A stretch of 50,669 bases of DNA from a virus, in the IMG/VR virus record IMGVR_UViG_3300028831_000214, positions 1 through 50,669 of that record; one strand, 5' to 3'. Under the pieces are notes generated by a model. That model was not told where the DNA came from and did no database searches. It saw only the letters and a list, made by a program, of their open reading frames with translations. The position numbers and the translations under genes were made by a program. Of the stretch, positions 16,231 to 23,776 are shown piece after piece. Numbering within the stretch: position 1 is the first letter of the stretch; every line of letters starts with the position of its first letter.

Positions 16231-16457
16231 CCGCACCGAACCAGCGGCCGAAGGACGACTACACGGTCGACGAGCTCATCGAGATGCTCACCGAGTACCG
16301 TGACATCGATCCGGAGACCCGCGGCAAGAAGAAGGTAGTCTTCAAGACCACCAACCAGCTCCGTCCCGCATCCACCTACAAGGTCGTCTTCAACCCGCCG
16401 TACGCGTACGAGAAGGACAAGCGGTTCCAGATCTTCCCCGGAGGCTGGACCACCTGA
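16227..16457 (+). CDS. hypothetical protein (76 aa)
   Basis: ATGA coupling to the BldC-like gene. Confidence 0.6.
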   Translation: MTAPNQRPKDDYTVDELIEMLTEYRDIDPETRGKKKVVFKTTNQLRPASTYKVVFNPPYAYEKDKRFQIFPGGWTT

Positions 16458-16496
16458 GCATTACCCCTTCACCTGCAGCTGTGAGCGCGGGTGAGG

Positions 16497-16615
16497 GCGC
16501 TGCAGAGACTCCGCCAGGAGTCCGCCTTGGACATGGGGCAAGGGGGAAGCGCAGACGGTGACTATGCTGCGGAGCGACAGCGTGCTCACCTCGGTTCGAA
16601 TCCGGCCTGCAGCGC
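16497..16615 (+). ncRNA. structured RNA with a tRNA-like T-arm and 9-bp closing stem (not a canonical tRNA)
   Basis: GCGCTGCAG (16497-16505) pairs with CTGCAGCGC (16607-16615). GGTTCGAATCC is at 16593-16603. Internal hairpins GACTCC-gcca-GGAGTC and CGCAG..CTGCG. 119 nt, with no drawable anticodon arm. Confidence 0.3.
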
Positions 16616-16697
16616 GTGAAAGGAGGTACCACTGTGAAGTAGTACGGAGCAGTAGCTAAGGATCCGAACTGTGTGAGATTGCCTGTAGCTTGCAAGA

Positions 16698-16725
16698 GGG
16701 TGAAGGAGCCGGAACTCCTTCACCC
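16698..16725 (+). terminator. perfect 11-bp hairpin closing the untranslated interval
   Basis: GGGTGAAGGAG-ccggaa-CTCCTTCACCC. The same CCTTCACC 8-mer occurs at about 16466-16473, so alternative pairing is possible. Confidence 0.5.
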
Positions 16726-16739
16726 GATGGAGGTGACAG

Positions 16740-16895
16740 ATGATCACGGACCACAAGTACCGTCCGATGTACAAGGCGGACGTCGCAGGTATCGCGAAGG
16801 GTAACTGTCCCTTCAACGGTACCTGCAACAAACCCAAGGAGGAGCACGCCGCAAGCGTGAACCTCAAAGACAAGAGGAGACCGAGTTCGCGATGA
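16740..16895 (+). CDS. hypothetical small protein (51 aa)
   Basis: Not in the track. ATG 16740 follows GGAGGTGACAG, and its stop overlaps the next ATG (ATGA). Confidence 0.45.
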   Translation: MITDHKYRPMYKADVAGIAKGNCPFNGTCNKPKEEHAASVNLKDKRRPSSR

Positions 16896-17389
16896 AGATC
16901 CGTACCCCGCTGGGGTTGTTCGTCGGCTTGACGGTCGCTGGTATGCCCCTGGCGTTGGGCACGGGGCACGCGATCGGCATCCACAACACCAGCTACGAGC
17001 CCATCCCGCAGCCACAGAAGCCGCCGACTGCCGTGCAGGACTACGGCAACGCGGTTCCGAGGATCACGCCTGTTCCCACTCGTGGAACGGGAACGAAGTC
17101 CAAGGGCCGTGTGGTGGTTCGTACGACACCCAAGCCTCAGGTTCAACACAGTCCGGCGGCGCCGAAGGCGACGACAAACTCCACACGCATCGGGGTGACC
17201 AAGGTCGATGAGCCACCTACGCAGAACACCGCTCCGAGCCTCTGTGCCAACGGGCCATGCCCGGAGCCTTCGAGCGACCAGGGCAACGGAGCGTCGCAAC
17301 CGCCGGCGGCAGAAGGACGACCTGACAGCGACCCTAACTCGGGCGCTAGCGGACCAAGGTGCTTCGAACTCTCCTGCTCCAACGATTGA
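16892..17389 (+). CDS. secreted Pro-rich protein with a C-terminal Cys pair motif
   Basis: 165 aa. Signal-peptide-like MKIRTPLGLFVGLTVAGMPLALGTGHA. Pro/Thr-rich with CANGPC and CFELSC. Confidence 0.6.
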   Translation: MKIRTPLGLFVGLTVAGMPLALGTGHAIGIHNTSYEPIPQPQKPPTAVQDYGNAVPRITPVPTRGTGTKSKGRVVVRTTPKPQVQHSPAAPKATTNSTRIGVTKVDEPPTQNTAPSLCANGPCPEPSSDQGNGASQPPAAEGRPDSDPNSGASGPRCFELSCSND

Positions 17390-17441
17390 CCTGCTCGAGG
17401 TCCTGATGAGGTCGTACTAAAAATTCTTTAGTCAGGACCTC

Positions 17442-17472
17442 TTGAAGTTGCCCCTAGAACCTCTGCTATAAT
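17442..17472 (+). promoter_or_regulatory. consensus promoter P2 (TTGAAG-N19-TATAAT)
   Basis: TTGAAG at 17442-17447 and TATAAT at 17467-17472, followed by TAAA. Confidence 0.6.
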
Positions 17473-17501
17473 TAAAGCAGCGGAAAAGACTGGAGGTAAT
17501 C

Positions 17502-17846
17502 ATGGACGATGCACTGCGCGACCAGCTCCGCGAGGACGCTGAGAGTGACCGACAGGACAGCGAGCGCGACGAGGTGCAGGACCTTGGAGATGCCGTACGC
17601 GAGTACGCCTTCACGTTCGGCAACGACCACATCTGGCCGCTGACCGGGCTGTCGATGTTCAAGAACTACGTGGTCATCAAGGGTGACTACTTCGGTGCCC
17701 GCAACGAGATGCACCGACGCTTCGGCGGAAACTGGGCTGCCCAGTATCCCGTCGGCAAGACCTGGTTCGCCATGGTCGAGGAGTACGAGCTGGCCGAGCT
17801 GCGGCTGGAGAACCTCAAGCCCGAGGGCTACCGGTACGACCTGTAA
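17502..17846 (+). CDS. hypothetical early protein (acidic N-terminus)
   Basis: 114-aa ORF with GGAGG RBS and its own promoter. Confidence 0.7.
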   Translation: MDDALRDQLREDAESDRQDSERDEVQDLGDAVREYAFTFGNDHIWPLTGLSMFKNYVVIKGDYFGARNEMHRRFGGNWAAQYPVGKTWFAMVEEYELAELRLENLKPEGYRYDL

Positions 17847-17869
17847 CAAAAGATCTTGCGCTAGCCGGC

Positions 17870-17898
17870 GTGAGATTCCCACAAGGACGGAGTATAAT
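17870..17898 (+). promoter_or_regulatory. promoter P3 (GTGAGA-N17-TATAAT) for a leaderless transcript
   Basis: TATAAT is at 17893-17898 and the ATG at 17905 begins 7 nt after the -10. No Shine-Dalgarno sequence lies between them. Confidence 0.6.
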
Positions 17899-17904
17899 AA
17901 AATC

Positions 17905-18522
17905 ATGGCACGCCGCAAGGTCGCACAGACCGACACCGCACAGGAGACCACCGTGACCAACGACACCGTGAACGACACCGACTTCGACACCACCGTCGCC
18001 CCCGCGGCCCCCGAGGACCTCGACGTCGACGCCCCGGCCGTGGAGACCGAGGACACCGTCGAGCCCACCGCCGACGGCGGCGAGAAGCCGGCCAAGGAGG
18101 CCAAGTCCACCCGACCGGGCGTGCCCGAGGGCTTCATCGCCCCGGTCGCCTTCGCCAAGGTCCTGACGGACCACCTGAAGGCCAACGGTCAGATGCCCGA
18201 GGGTAAGACCGAGATCAAGCCGCAGGAGGTCTACTCCTACATCAAGAACAACGGCGAGGGCTCCAAGAACCCGTTCCCCGCCTACGCCGGCGACGCGATC
18301 AACCCGGAGACCAACGAGCCCTACGCGCCGGGCCGCAAGGTCGTCCTGAAGGCCGACGAGGGCATCGCCTGGTGGGACGCCAAGGTCGCTCGCGTGGCCG
18401 CCAACAAGGCGGCGGCCAAGGAGAAGGCCGAGAAGAAGGCCACCAAGTCCGACAGCAAGGCCGGCGAGACCGTCGAGGCCGTCGAGGAGGCCCCCGAGGT
18501 CGAGCTCACCGAGGCGGAGTGA
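17905..18522 (+). CDS. hypothetical early protein (acidic Thr/Asp/Glu-rich N-terminus, Lys/Ala-rich C-terminus), probably leaderless
   Basis: Start moved to ATG 17905. 205 aa. The upstream part of track ORF 17683 overlaps the previous gene and promoter. Confidence 0.65.
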   Translation: MARRKVAQTDTAQETTVTNDTVNDTDFDTTVAPAAPEDLDVDAPAVETEDTVEPTADGGEKPAKEAKSTRPGVPEGFIAPVAFAKVLTDHLKANGQMPEGKTEIKPQEVYSYIKNNGEGSKNPFPAYAGDAINPETNEPYAPGRKVVLKADEGIAWWDAKVARVAANKAAAKEKAEKKATKSDSKAGETVEAVEEAPEVELTEAE

Positions 18523-18611
18523 AGGCCTCACCCCGGTTGCCTGTACTTTGACGCACTGTGCTTCGAAGGCATGTGCTGTCAGTACTGGGCAAGAGTAGCA
18601 CCGAAGTAGCC

Positions 18612-18651
18612 GGAAGGCCCGTCAGTCCCCCGATCGGCTGGCGGGCCTTCC
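18612..18651 (+). terminator. 10-bp GC hairpin
   Basis: GGAAGGCCCG (18612-18621) pairs with CGGGCCTTCC (18642-18651). Followed by TTTAAC. Confidence 0.6.
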
Positions 18652-18675
18652 TTTAACTCTCCTAGTTGTTACACA

Positions 18676-18704
18676 GTGAAATTCCTTGTTGGATCTAGTA
18701 TAAT
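18676..18704 (+). promoter_or_regulatory. promoter P4 (GTGAAA-N17-TATAAT)
   Basis: GTGAAA at 18676-18681 and TATAAT at 18699-18704. Confidence 0.55.
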
Positions 18705-18714
18705 AAGAGGAAGC

Positions 18715-18909
18715 ATGTCGTATGATATGCCGCGTGCTAAGCGCGTCGTGAGCGACTGGATTGAAGACCAGGAGCACATCCTCAGGGAGCAGACCGGTGA
18801 TCAATCGTACGAGTCACCGGAAGCTCTGCTGAAGGACACGGCGGAGACGTACGCTGACCTGGAGGCTATGAAGGGCCTTCATCAACAACTGGAGCGTGAC
18901 TGTGAGTGA
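18715..18909 (+). CDS. hypothetical protein (64 aa)
   Basis: ATG 18715 follows AAGAGGAAGC. The track start 18676 lies inside the promoter. Confidence 0.55.
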   Translation: MSYDMPRAKRVVSDWIEDQEHILREQTGDQSYESPEALLKDTAETYADLEAMKGLHQQLERDCE

Positions 18910-19345
18910 TGAGAAGCCCACCCCGGCTCTCTTCGACCACGCCGTGCGTGTGTACGAGAAGATGCAGGAGGAGTCCACTCGGGAACCGATCGACAAGGTC
19001 GACGAGGACGCTGTCGTCGTAGGAGAAGTGCCTACGGTGCTGGTCTACACCGGCCACCTGACGCGACTCTTCGCGGACCTCGGCATCGCGAACCCGTACT
19101 ACACCAAGATCATGAAGACCCTGGAGGGTCTCGGCTGCGTCGAGCAGCTTCGTCGAGGGGGCGGAGCCGCGACCAGCAAGTGGCTCCTGCACAAGCCGCC
19201 CGTCGAGGAGATCTTCGCGGACTACGTGGAGCGCAAGCGGGCTCCGCAGACGCGGATGCACATCCTGGAGCAGCGCGTGCGGGATTACGGCAGCATGCTC
19301 AACGACATCCTGGACCGACTCGAGAAGCTGGAGAAGACCAGATGA
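18896..19345 (+). CDS. hypothetical protein, possible winged-helix DNA binder
   Basis: 149 aa. YTKIMKTLEGLGCVEQLRRGGG resembles a wHTH recognition region (weak). Confidence 0.55.
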   Translation: MTVSDEKPTPALFDHAVRVYEKMQEESTREPIDKVDEDAVVVGEVPTVLVYTGHLTRLFADLGIANPYYTKIMKTLEGLGCVEQLRRGGGAATSKWLLHKPPVEEIFADYVERKRAPQTRMHILEQRVRDYGSMLNDILDRLEKLEKTR

Positions 19346-19578
19346 GGATCACGACTGCCGAGCAGTACAAGGAGCGCTTCAAGAAGCGCGGCCTGAAGCA
19401 ACGGAACCGGAAGCGTACGTCGGACTACAACGGCAAGTTCGCAACGGCCTGGAAGAGCATCAACTACCAGAGCCAGCACGTCAAGTACGACGGTACGACG
19501 CGGGTGCACGACATCAACCAGTGCTTCGCGCCGACGGCGCTGAAGCCGAAGACGTTCAAGAAGTGGAGCGAGCGGTGA
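19342..19578 (+). CDS. hypothetical basic protein (78 aa)
   Basis: ATGA coupling. Start moved to 19342. Confidence 0.55.
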   Translation: MRITTAEQYKERFKKRGLKQRNRKRTSDYNGKFATAWKSINYQSQHVKYDGTTRVHDINQCFAPTALKPKTFKKWSER

Positions 19579-19952
19579 GCGACCCGTACGTGGACTTCAA
19601 CGACAAGGGTGCTTCGAAGAAGCGCCTCGGTGGACAGGGTAGCGACCAGGCGAAGGACGGCATCGGTATGGTGCCCGAGCGTTCGTTCGGCGTCTCTTCT
19701 CACCAGGGCTACGGGAACGGTAGCTTCCCCCAGCCGGAGCTGCAGAAGCTCCAGGTCGGGCCGGCTACGCTCGAGGACTGCATCGCCGAGATCAACGACC
19801 TCAACACGGACTTCAGCCTCCTGAACGACAAGGTCGACAAGCACATCAGCAGGCACGCCTCCACCAACGTGCTCCAGCTCTTCCACAAGCTGCTGGTCAC
19901 GATGATCATCTGTGCTACCATCATCGCCGTGGCGTGGGTGATGTTCCAGTGA
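19575..19952 (+). CDS. hypothetical C-terminally membrane-anchored protein
   Basis: GTGA coupling at 19575. C-terminal TM LLVTMIICATIIAVAWVMF. Confidence 0.55.
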   Translation: MSDPYVDFNDKGASKKRLGGQGSDQAKDGIGMVPERSFGVSSHQGYGNGSFPQPELQKLQVGPATLEDCIAEINDLNTDFSLLNDKVDKHISRHASTNVLQLFHKLLVTMIICATIIAVAWVMFQ

Positions 19953-20290
19953 CGACGACGTGGGACGAGGCGAGTCGCTGTCCGGCTGACTCGTTCACGG
20001 GCAAGGAGACCAGGCGTCGGCCACTCAAGAGGGCCATGGGCACCAACGGCGGACAGCTGGTCACGCTGACCTGCCCGAACGAGCGGTGCGAGTTCCACGA
20101 GGTCGGCTGGACCGTTCAGGTTCGCCCGGACGGGACGATCCCCGACGCAGTCGCACCAGGTGAGCGAGAGAAGAACTTCGTCTCCCAGCCCGGTGCTAGA
20201 GCTCGCGGGCAGCGGATCCGTGAGCTGCTGGCCGAACAGGTCGAGCTCGAGCTCAGGGGTGACGGGGAGATCCGTAACCCCTTGCGCTGA
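19949..20290 (+). CDS. hypothetical protein
   Basis: GTGA coupling at 19949. 113 aa. Confidence 0.55.
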   Translation: MTTTWDEASRCPADSFTGKETRRRPLKRAMGTNGGQLVTLTCPNERCEFHEVGWTVQVRPDGTIPDAVAPGEREKNFVSQPGARARGQRIRELLAEQVELELRGDGEIRNPLR

Positions 20291-20385
20291 GTCTAACCTC
20301 AACGTCTAACAAGCAACAGAGACCTGTGAGAACACGAAGTCAACGCGTCTAACCTACAAGCTAACCGTTTAGACAGCGATTAGAA
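20291..20385. promoter_or_regulatory. array of GTCTAAC(C) operator-like repeats
   Basis: GTCTAACC at 20291 and 20347, GTCTAAC at 20304, inverted TTAGAC at 20369-20374, plus partial CTAACC/TTAGAA copies. Lies in the intergenic region before the gene at 20411. Confidence 0.55.
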
Positions 20386-20410
20386 ACCAACAACGAAACC
20401 GAGGAAAACG

Positions 20411-20863
20411 ATGAGCGATCGGAAGCCGCCCACGCGCGGTAGGCAGCGAGACGTGGTTGCGTACCTCTACGAGTACGCCGGCAGAGACATCACCATCGCC
20501 CAGCTCGAGCGCTTCTTCAGGGGGCGCTACAGCCGGGAGCAGCTGATGGCGACGATGAACGGCATCATCAATCCTCCACGGGGAGAGGCGAAGAAGCTCC
20601 CGGTCACCAAGCTGACCAACGGTGTGTGGCGTCTGGACGAGTTCAAGGCTACCGGGCCCGAGAAGCAGTGGCATGACCTCGACCCCCAGCCGCCCAAGGA
20701 GGACATCGTCGAGCCTGTCCCCGACAAGTACGGCGAGCCGGTACAGAAGCCGGACGTCGGCCTCAACGTCAAGGTCCGCAACGGCATCCTGTACGTCGAC
20801 GACAACCCGACCGACCCGGAGAGCTTCTTCGTCGGCCTGCGACTCGCTCTGCGCATCGGCTAG
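20411..20863 (+). CDS. hypothetical protein, possible N-terminal DNA-binding domain
   Basis: 150-aa ORF directly downstream of the GTCTAAC array. Confidence 0.65.
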   Translation: MSDRKPPTRGRQRDVVAYLYEYAGRDITIAQLERFFRGRYSREQLMATMNGIINPPRGEAKKLPVTKLTNGVWRLDEFKATGPEKQWHDLDPQPPKEDIVEPVPDKYGEPVQKPDVGLNVKVRNGILYVDDNPTDPESFFVGLRLALRIG

Positions 20864-20871
20864 GAGGTACC

Positions 20872-21177
20872 ATGGCCTCGGACATCGAGGAAGCCATCAA
20901 GGAGATGATCCTCGGCGACCTCGAGGGGGCGACGATGATGTCGCCAATCGACTACGCCAAGCGTCGCGGCATCTACCCGCAGCAGGTGTACAAGGCGCTT
21001 CGAGACAAGCGACTGAATCCGACGACGTGTGAGTGCGGACGAAAGGTGGTGGTAGTCGATGAAGCCGACAGACTCTTCAAGCTCGGAGAGTACGCCGCCA
21101 AGCCGGCCGTACAGGCCACGGAGGAAGTTTCAGGGAGCGACGTGGACACCGACGACGAAGTCAGCGGACAAGCCTGA
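20872..21177 (+). CDS. hypothetical protein with an HTH-like segment
   Basis: 101 aa, with GGAGGTACC RBS. SPIDYAKRRGIYPQQVYKALRDKRL resembles a helix-turn-helix. Confidence 0.6.
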   Translation: MASDIEEAIKEMILGDLEGATMMSPIDYAKRRGIYPQQVYKALRDKRLNPTTCECGRKVVVVDEADRLFKLGEYAAKPAVQATEEVSGSDVDTDDEVSGQA

Positions 21178-21373
21178 CGGAGTCTGGTGTCAGAAGCACA
21201 AGCTCAGGCACGGCTACATGTCGAAGGAGCTCGGTTTCAGGACCGAGCTCCGCCAGGGGCAATTCCACATCCTGTGGTACTGCAAGACGTACGGCGACGT
21301 ACTGAAGGACCAGCCGCTAAGGAGGACAGAGAGTGGACGCGAAGCTGGACCTGACGCTGACGTTCAAGGATAG
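21059..21373 (+). CDS. uncertain ORF; only the 3' part (DGVWCQKHKLRHGY...WYCKTYGDVLKD) looks coding
   Basis: Its first 119 nt overlap the previous gene out of frame. The next in-frame ATG is 21218. There is no start codon between the upstream stop (21177) and the protein-like segment. Confidence 0.3.
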   Translation: MKPTDSSSSESTPPSRPYRPRRKFQGATWTPTTKSADKPDGVWCQKHKLRHGYMSKELGFRTELRQGQFHILWYCKTYGDVLKDQPLRRTESGREAGPDADVQG

Positions 21374-21560
21374 CGTCCTGACTCACAACCAGGAGCACCA
21401 GGTTATCGACCAGATCGCCGAGATCCTGGTAGCACACAAGCTCCTGGAGACAGGAGACGTGATCGAGACGACCTGCGGCTTCGGCGTCGAGATCGGACAA
21501 AGGACGGTAACGTCAGAGTTCACACCAGTCGCCTCACGTATCTGGGGAGGTCCTAACTAA
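21333..21560 (+). CDS. hypothetical protein (75 aa)
   Basis: GTG start after AAGGAGGACAGAGA. Confidence 0.6.
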   Translation: MDAKLDLTLTFKDSVLTHNQEHQVIDQIAEILVAHKLLETGDVIETTCGFGVEIGQRTVTSEFTPVASRIWGGPN

Positions 21561-23122
21561 TGCCGAAGCTCTTCCAGTTCCAGGCTAAGGGCCTGACGCA
21601 GATCTTCAGGCACCAGCAAGAGCACCCCGAAGATCGGTCAGTCCTTATCGGGGACGAGATGGGTCTAGGCAAGACCGTCGAGGCCATCGTCTACGACAAC
21701 GAGATCAGGAAGCGTCACGACTGCTCCTACACGGCGCAGACACTCATCGTGACTCAGACGTCCGTCATGGACGCGTGGCGCAGGCACTACCAGGGAGATG
21801 ACAACACACCGGCATGGGCGCCGTGGCTCAACGTGTACGTCATCAATCGCAAGGACCGCGACGGGTTCCTCAGGGCACTTAAGGCGAAGACGCCTAACGG
21901 GTACCCTAAGTACCACGTCTTCATCTGTCACTGGCAGGCGTTGCGGTTCATGGCCGACGAGATCAAGGCGCACGAGTTCTTCCACGTCATCGGCGACGAG
22001 ATCCACAACATCAAGAACCGTGGCGCACAGCAGTCCATGGTGTTCAAGAAGATCAGGACATTCTACAAGACAGGCCTGTCCGGTACTTGGGCAGACAACA
22101 AGCCTGAGGATGCCTGGTCGGTCTTGAACTGGCTCTGGCCGAAGCGTTGGTCGAGCTACTGGGCCTTCTTCAACAACCACGTCCTGCGACGAGTACACAC
22201 CGAGGGCTTCTGCGACGAGTGCATGAAGACGCACAAGCGGAAGTACACCGAGACGGTGGGCATCCACGACTTCGAGTCCATCCACGAACGGATGGCTGGT
22301 GCGTACCTCCGACGGCTGAAGGAAGTGGTCTGGAAGGACCTTCCGGACAAGCTGTACGAGACGCGGTGGGTTGACCTCGAGCCGAAGCAGAAGCGCATGT
22401 ACGACGCTATGGCCAAGGAGATGCTGGCCTGGGTTGGAGAGAACGAAGACCAGCCTGTAGCATCACCTGCGGTCATCAGCCAGCTCATCCGACTGCAGCA
22501 GTTCGCTCTGGCGTCCGCTAAGGTCGTCACGCAGCAGAAGAAGCGCCGGCTCAAGCCTGACGAGCTCGAGGCACTGGAGGCGTCACTGGGTCGAGAGCTG
22601 ACCAAGCAGGAGAAGTACCAAGAGTACGAACGGGATGTCGTCGAACTCTCTGAGCCCAGCAGCAAGCTGGACGCAGCCATGGATCTCATCGGAGAGAACC
22701 GTGAGCAGATCGTCGTCTTCAGTCAGTCCAAACAGGTCATCCATCTTCTCAAGGCACGCCTGGATCGTGCAGGCATCACCTCCTTTGCTCTCACTGGAGA
22801 CGCGCCACAAGCGGCTCGTGATATGGCTGTACAGGAGTTCCAGGCTGGACGCATTCAGGTCTTCCTCAGTACCATCAAGGCGGGAGGGGTCGGTATCACC
22901 CTCACTGCTGCTTCGACGTGTCTGTTCCTGGATCTGGCGTGGAGTCCCTCGGCGAACAAGCAGGCTGAGGATAGGCTTCACCGTCTGGGACAGAAGAATG
23001 CAGTACGGATCATTGTCCTCGCTGCACGAGATACAATTGATCCCGATCGAAACGACAAGATCAGCCTGAAGTGGGAATGGATCAAGGGGATCCTGAACCC
23101 TAAGCAGAAGGTAGGAGTATGA
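21560..23122 (+). CDS. SNF2-family (DEAD/DEAH-like) helicase
   Basis: 520 aa. GDEMGLGKT (motif I), GDEIHNIKN (motif II) and C-terminal helicase motifs (LTAASTCLFLDLAWSP..QAEDRLHRLGQ). Confidence 0.9.
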   Translation: MPKLFQFQAKGLTQIFRHQQEHPEDRSVLIGDEMGLGKTVEAIVYDNEIRKRHDCSYTAQTLIVTQTSVMDAWRRHYQGDDNTPAWAPWLNVYVINRKDRDGFLRALKAKTPNGYPKYHVFICHWQALRFMADEIKAHEFFHVIGDEIHNIKNRGAQQSMVFKKIRTFYKTGLSGTWADNKPEDAWSVLNWLWPKRWSSYWAFFNNHVLRRVHTEGFCDECMKTHKRKYTETVGIHDFESIHERMAGAYLRRLKEVVWKDLPDKLYETRWVDLEPKQKRMYDAMAKEMLAWVGENEDQPVASPAVISQLIRLQQFALASAKVVTQQKKRRLKPDELEALEASLGRELTKQEKYQEYERDVVELSEPSSKLDAAMDLIGENREQIVVFSQSKQVIHLLKARLDRAGITSFALTGDAPQAARDMAVQEFQAGRIQVFLSTIKAGGVGITLTAASTCLFLDLAWSPSANKQAEDRLHRLGQKNAVRIIVLAARDTIDPDRNDKISLKWEWIKGILNPKQKVGV

Positions 23123-23123
23123 C

Positions 23124-23378
23124 ATGCGACTGAGCCCCCGACTGAACGCCAGGAAGCACAAGCTGGCCAACCGAAGCAAGGGCAAGCTGACCTACCACCA
23201 GCGGCGACGCAACCTACGTCCGCAGGTCATGGGCGGACCCGGGAGCTGCCCGCACAGCCTCGCCGTGCACCAGGACCTCAACGGGCAGACGATCACGTTC
23301 GCGCTGCCCTGCACCGTCAAGCAGCACAAGGCCAAGACCCCCACCCACAAGACCTCCGACGGAAGGAAGTGGCAGTAA
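23124..23378 (+). CDS. hypothetical basic protein
   Basis: 84-aa ORF, tightly packed after the helicase. Confidence 0.5.
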   Translation: MRLSPRLNARKHKLANRSKGKLTYHQRRRNLRPQVMGGPGSCPHSLAVHQDLNGQTITFALPCTVKQHKAKTPTHKTSDGRKWQ

Positions 23379-23776
23379 TGGAAGACCCCCGGATCGAGTT
23401 GCTGAAGGCGCAGGCGCCGCCTATCCCGGTCAACTGGCCGACGAACGAGCCGAAGGACTCACCCAGGGAGGAGCCGCTCGGTCGACTCCGCATCACGGTG
23501 ACGGCGGAGTTCGACGTCTACCGGAGCAACTACATCACGGACCCGCGCAGCGGCGAGCCCATCCCGAAGCGCAAGGAGCTCACGCTGGCCGACATCGCGC
23601 TCATGGAGCGTACCCACCTGCTCGAGGGCAACACGACCGTCGAGGAGATGCTCGACGAGGCCGACGTGGACCTCGAGGACGACGTGAAGATCGAGGCCGT
23701 CCTGGCGGAGTGCGGTGAGCCGGCTCCGTGCGGTCACGCCCCCAACGGCGGTAACCACCCGACGGTGGGTGCCTGA
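23378..23776 (+). CDS. hypothetical protein
   Basis: TAATG coupling at 23378. 132 aa. Confidence 0.6.
   Translation: MEDPRIELLKAQAPPIPVNWPTNEPKDSPREEPLGRLRITVTAEFDVYRSNYITDPRSGEPIPKRKELTLADIALMERTHLLEGNTTVEEMLDEADVDLEDDVKIEAVLAECGEPAPCGHAPNGGNHPTVGA

Noticed and set aside
15123-16303. 344-aa minus-strand ORF (15123-16157) and 282-aa alternative-frame plus ORF (15455-16303)
   Set aside because: Both give Arg/Gly/Ala-rich junk-like translations. They overlap the promoter, the tRNA-like element and the convincingly BldC-like gene.
16497-16615. tRNA with an intron or long variable arm, or a tmRNA
   Set aside because: At 119 nt it has a 5-bp/4-nt D-like hairpin and no anticodon arm. It is far too short for a tmRNA and has no tag-peptide reading frame.
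17208-17420. 70-aa ORF overlapping the 3' end of the secreted Pro-rich gene
   Set aside because: It is an out-of-frame overlap with an Arg-rich translation, no RBS, and it ends inside the P2 promoter region.
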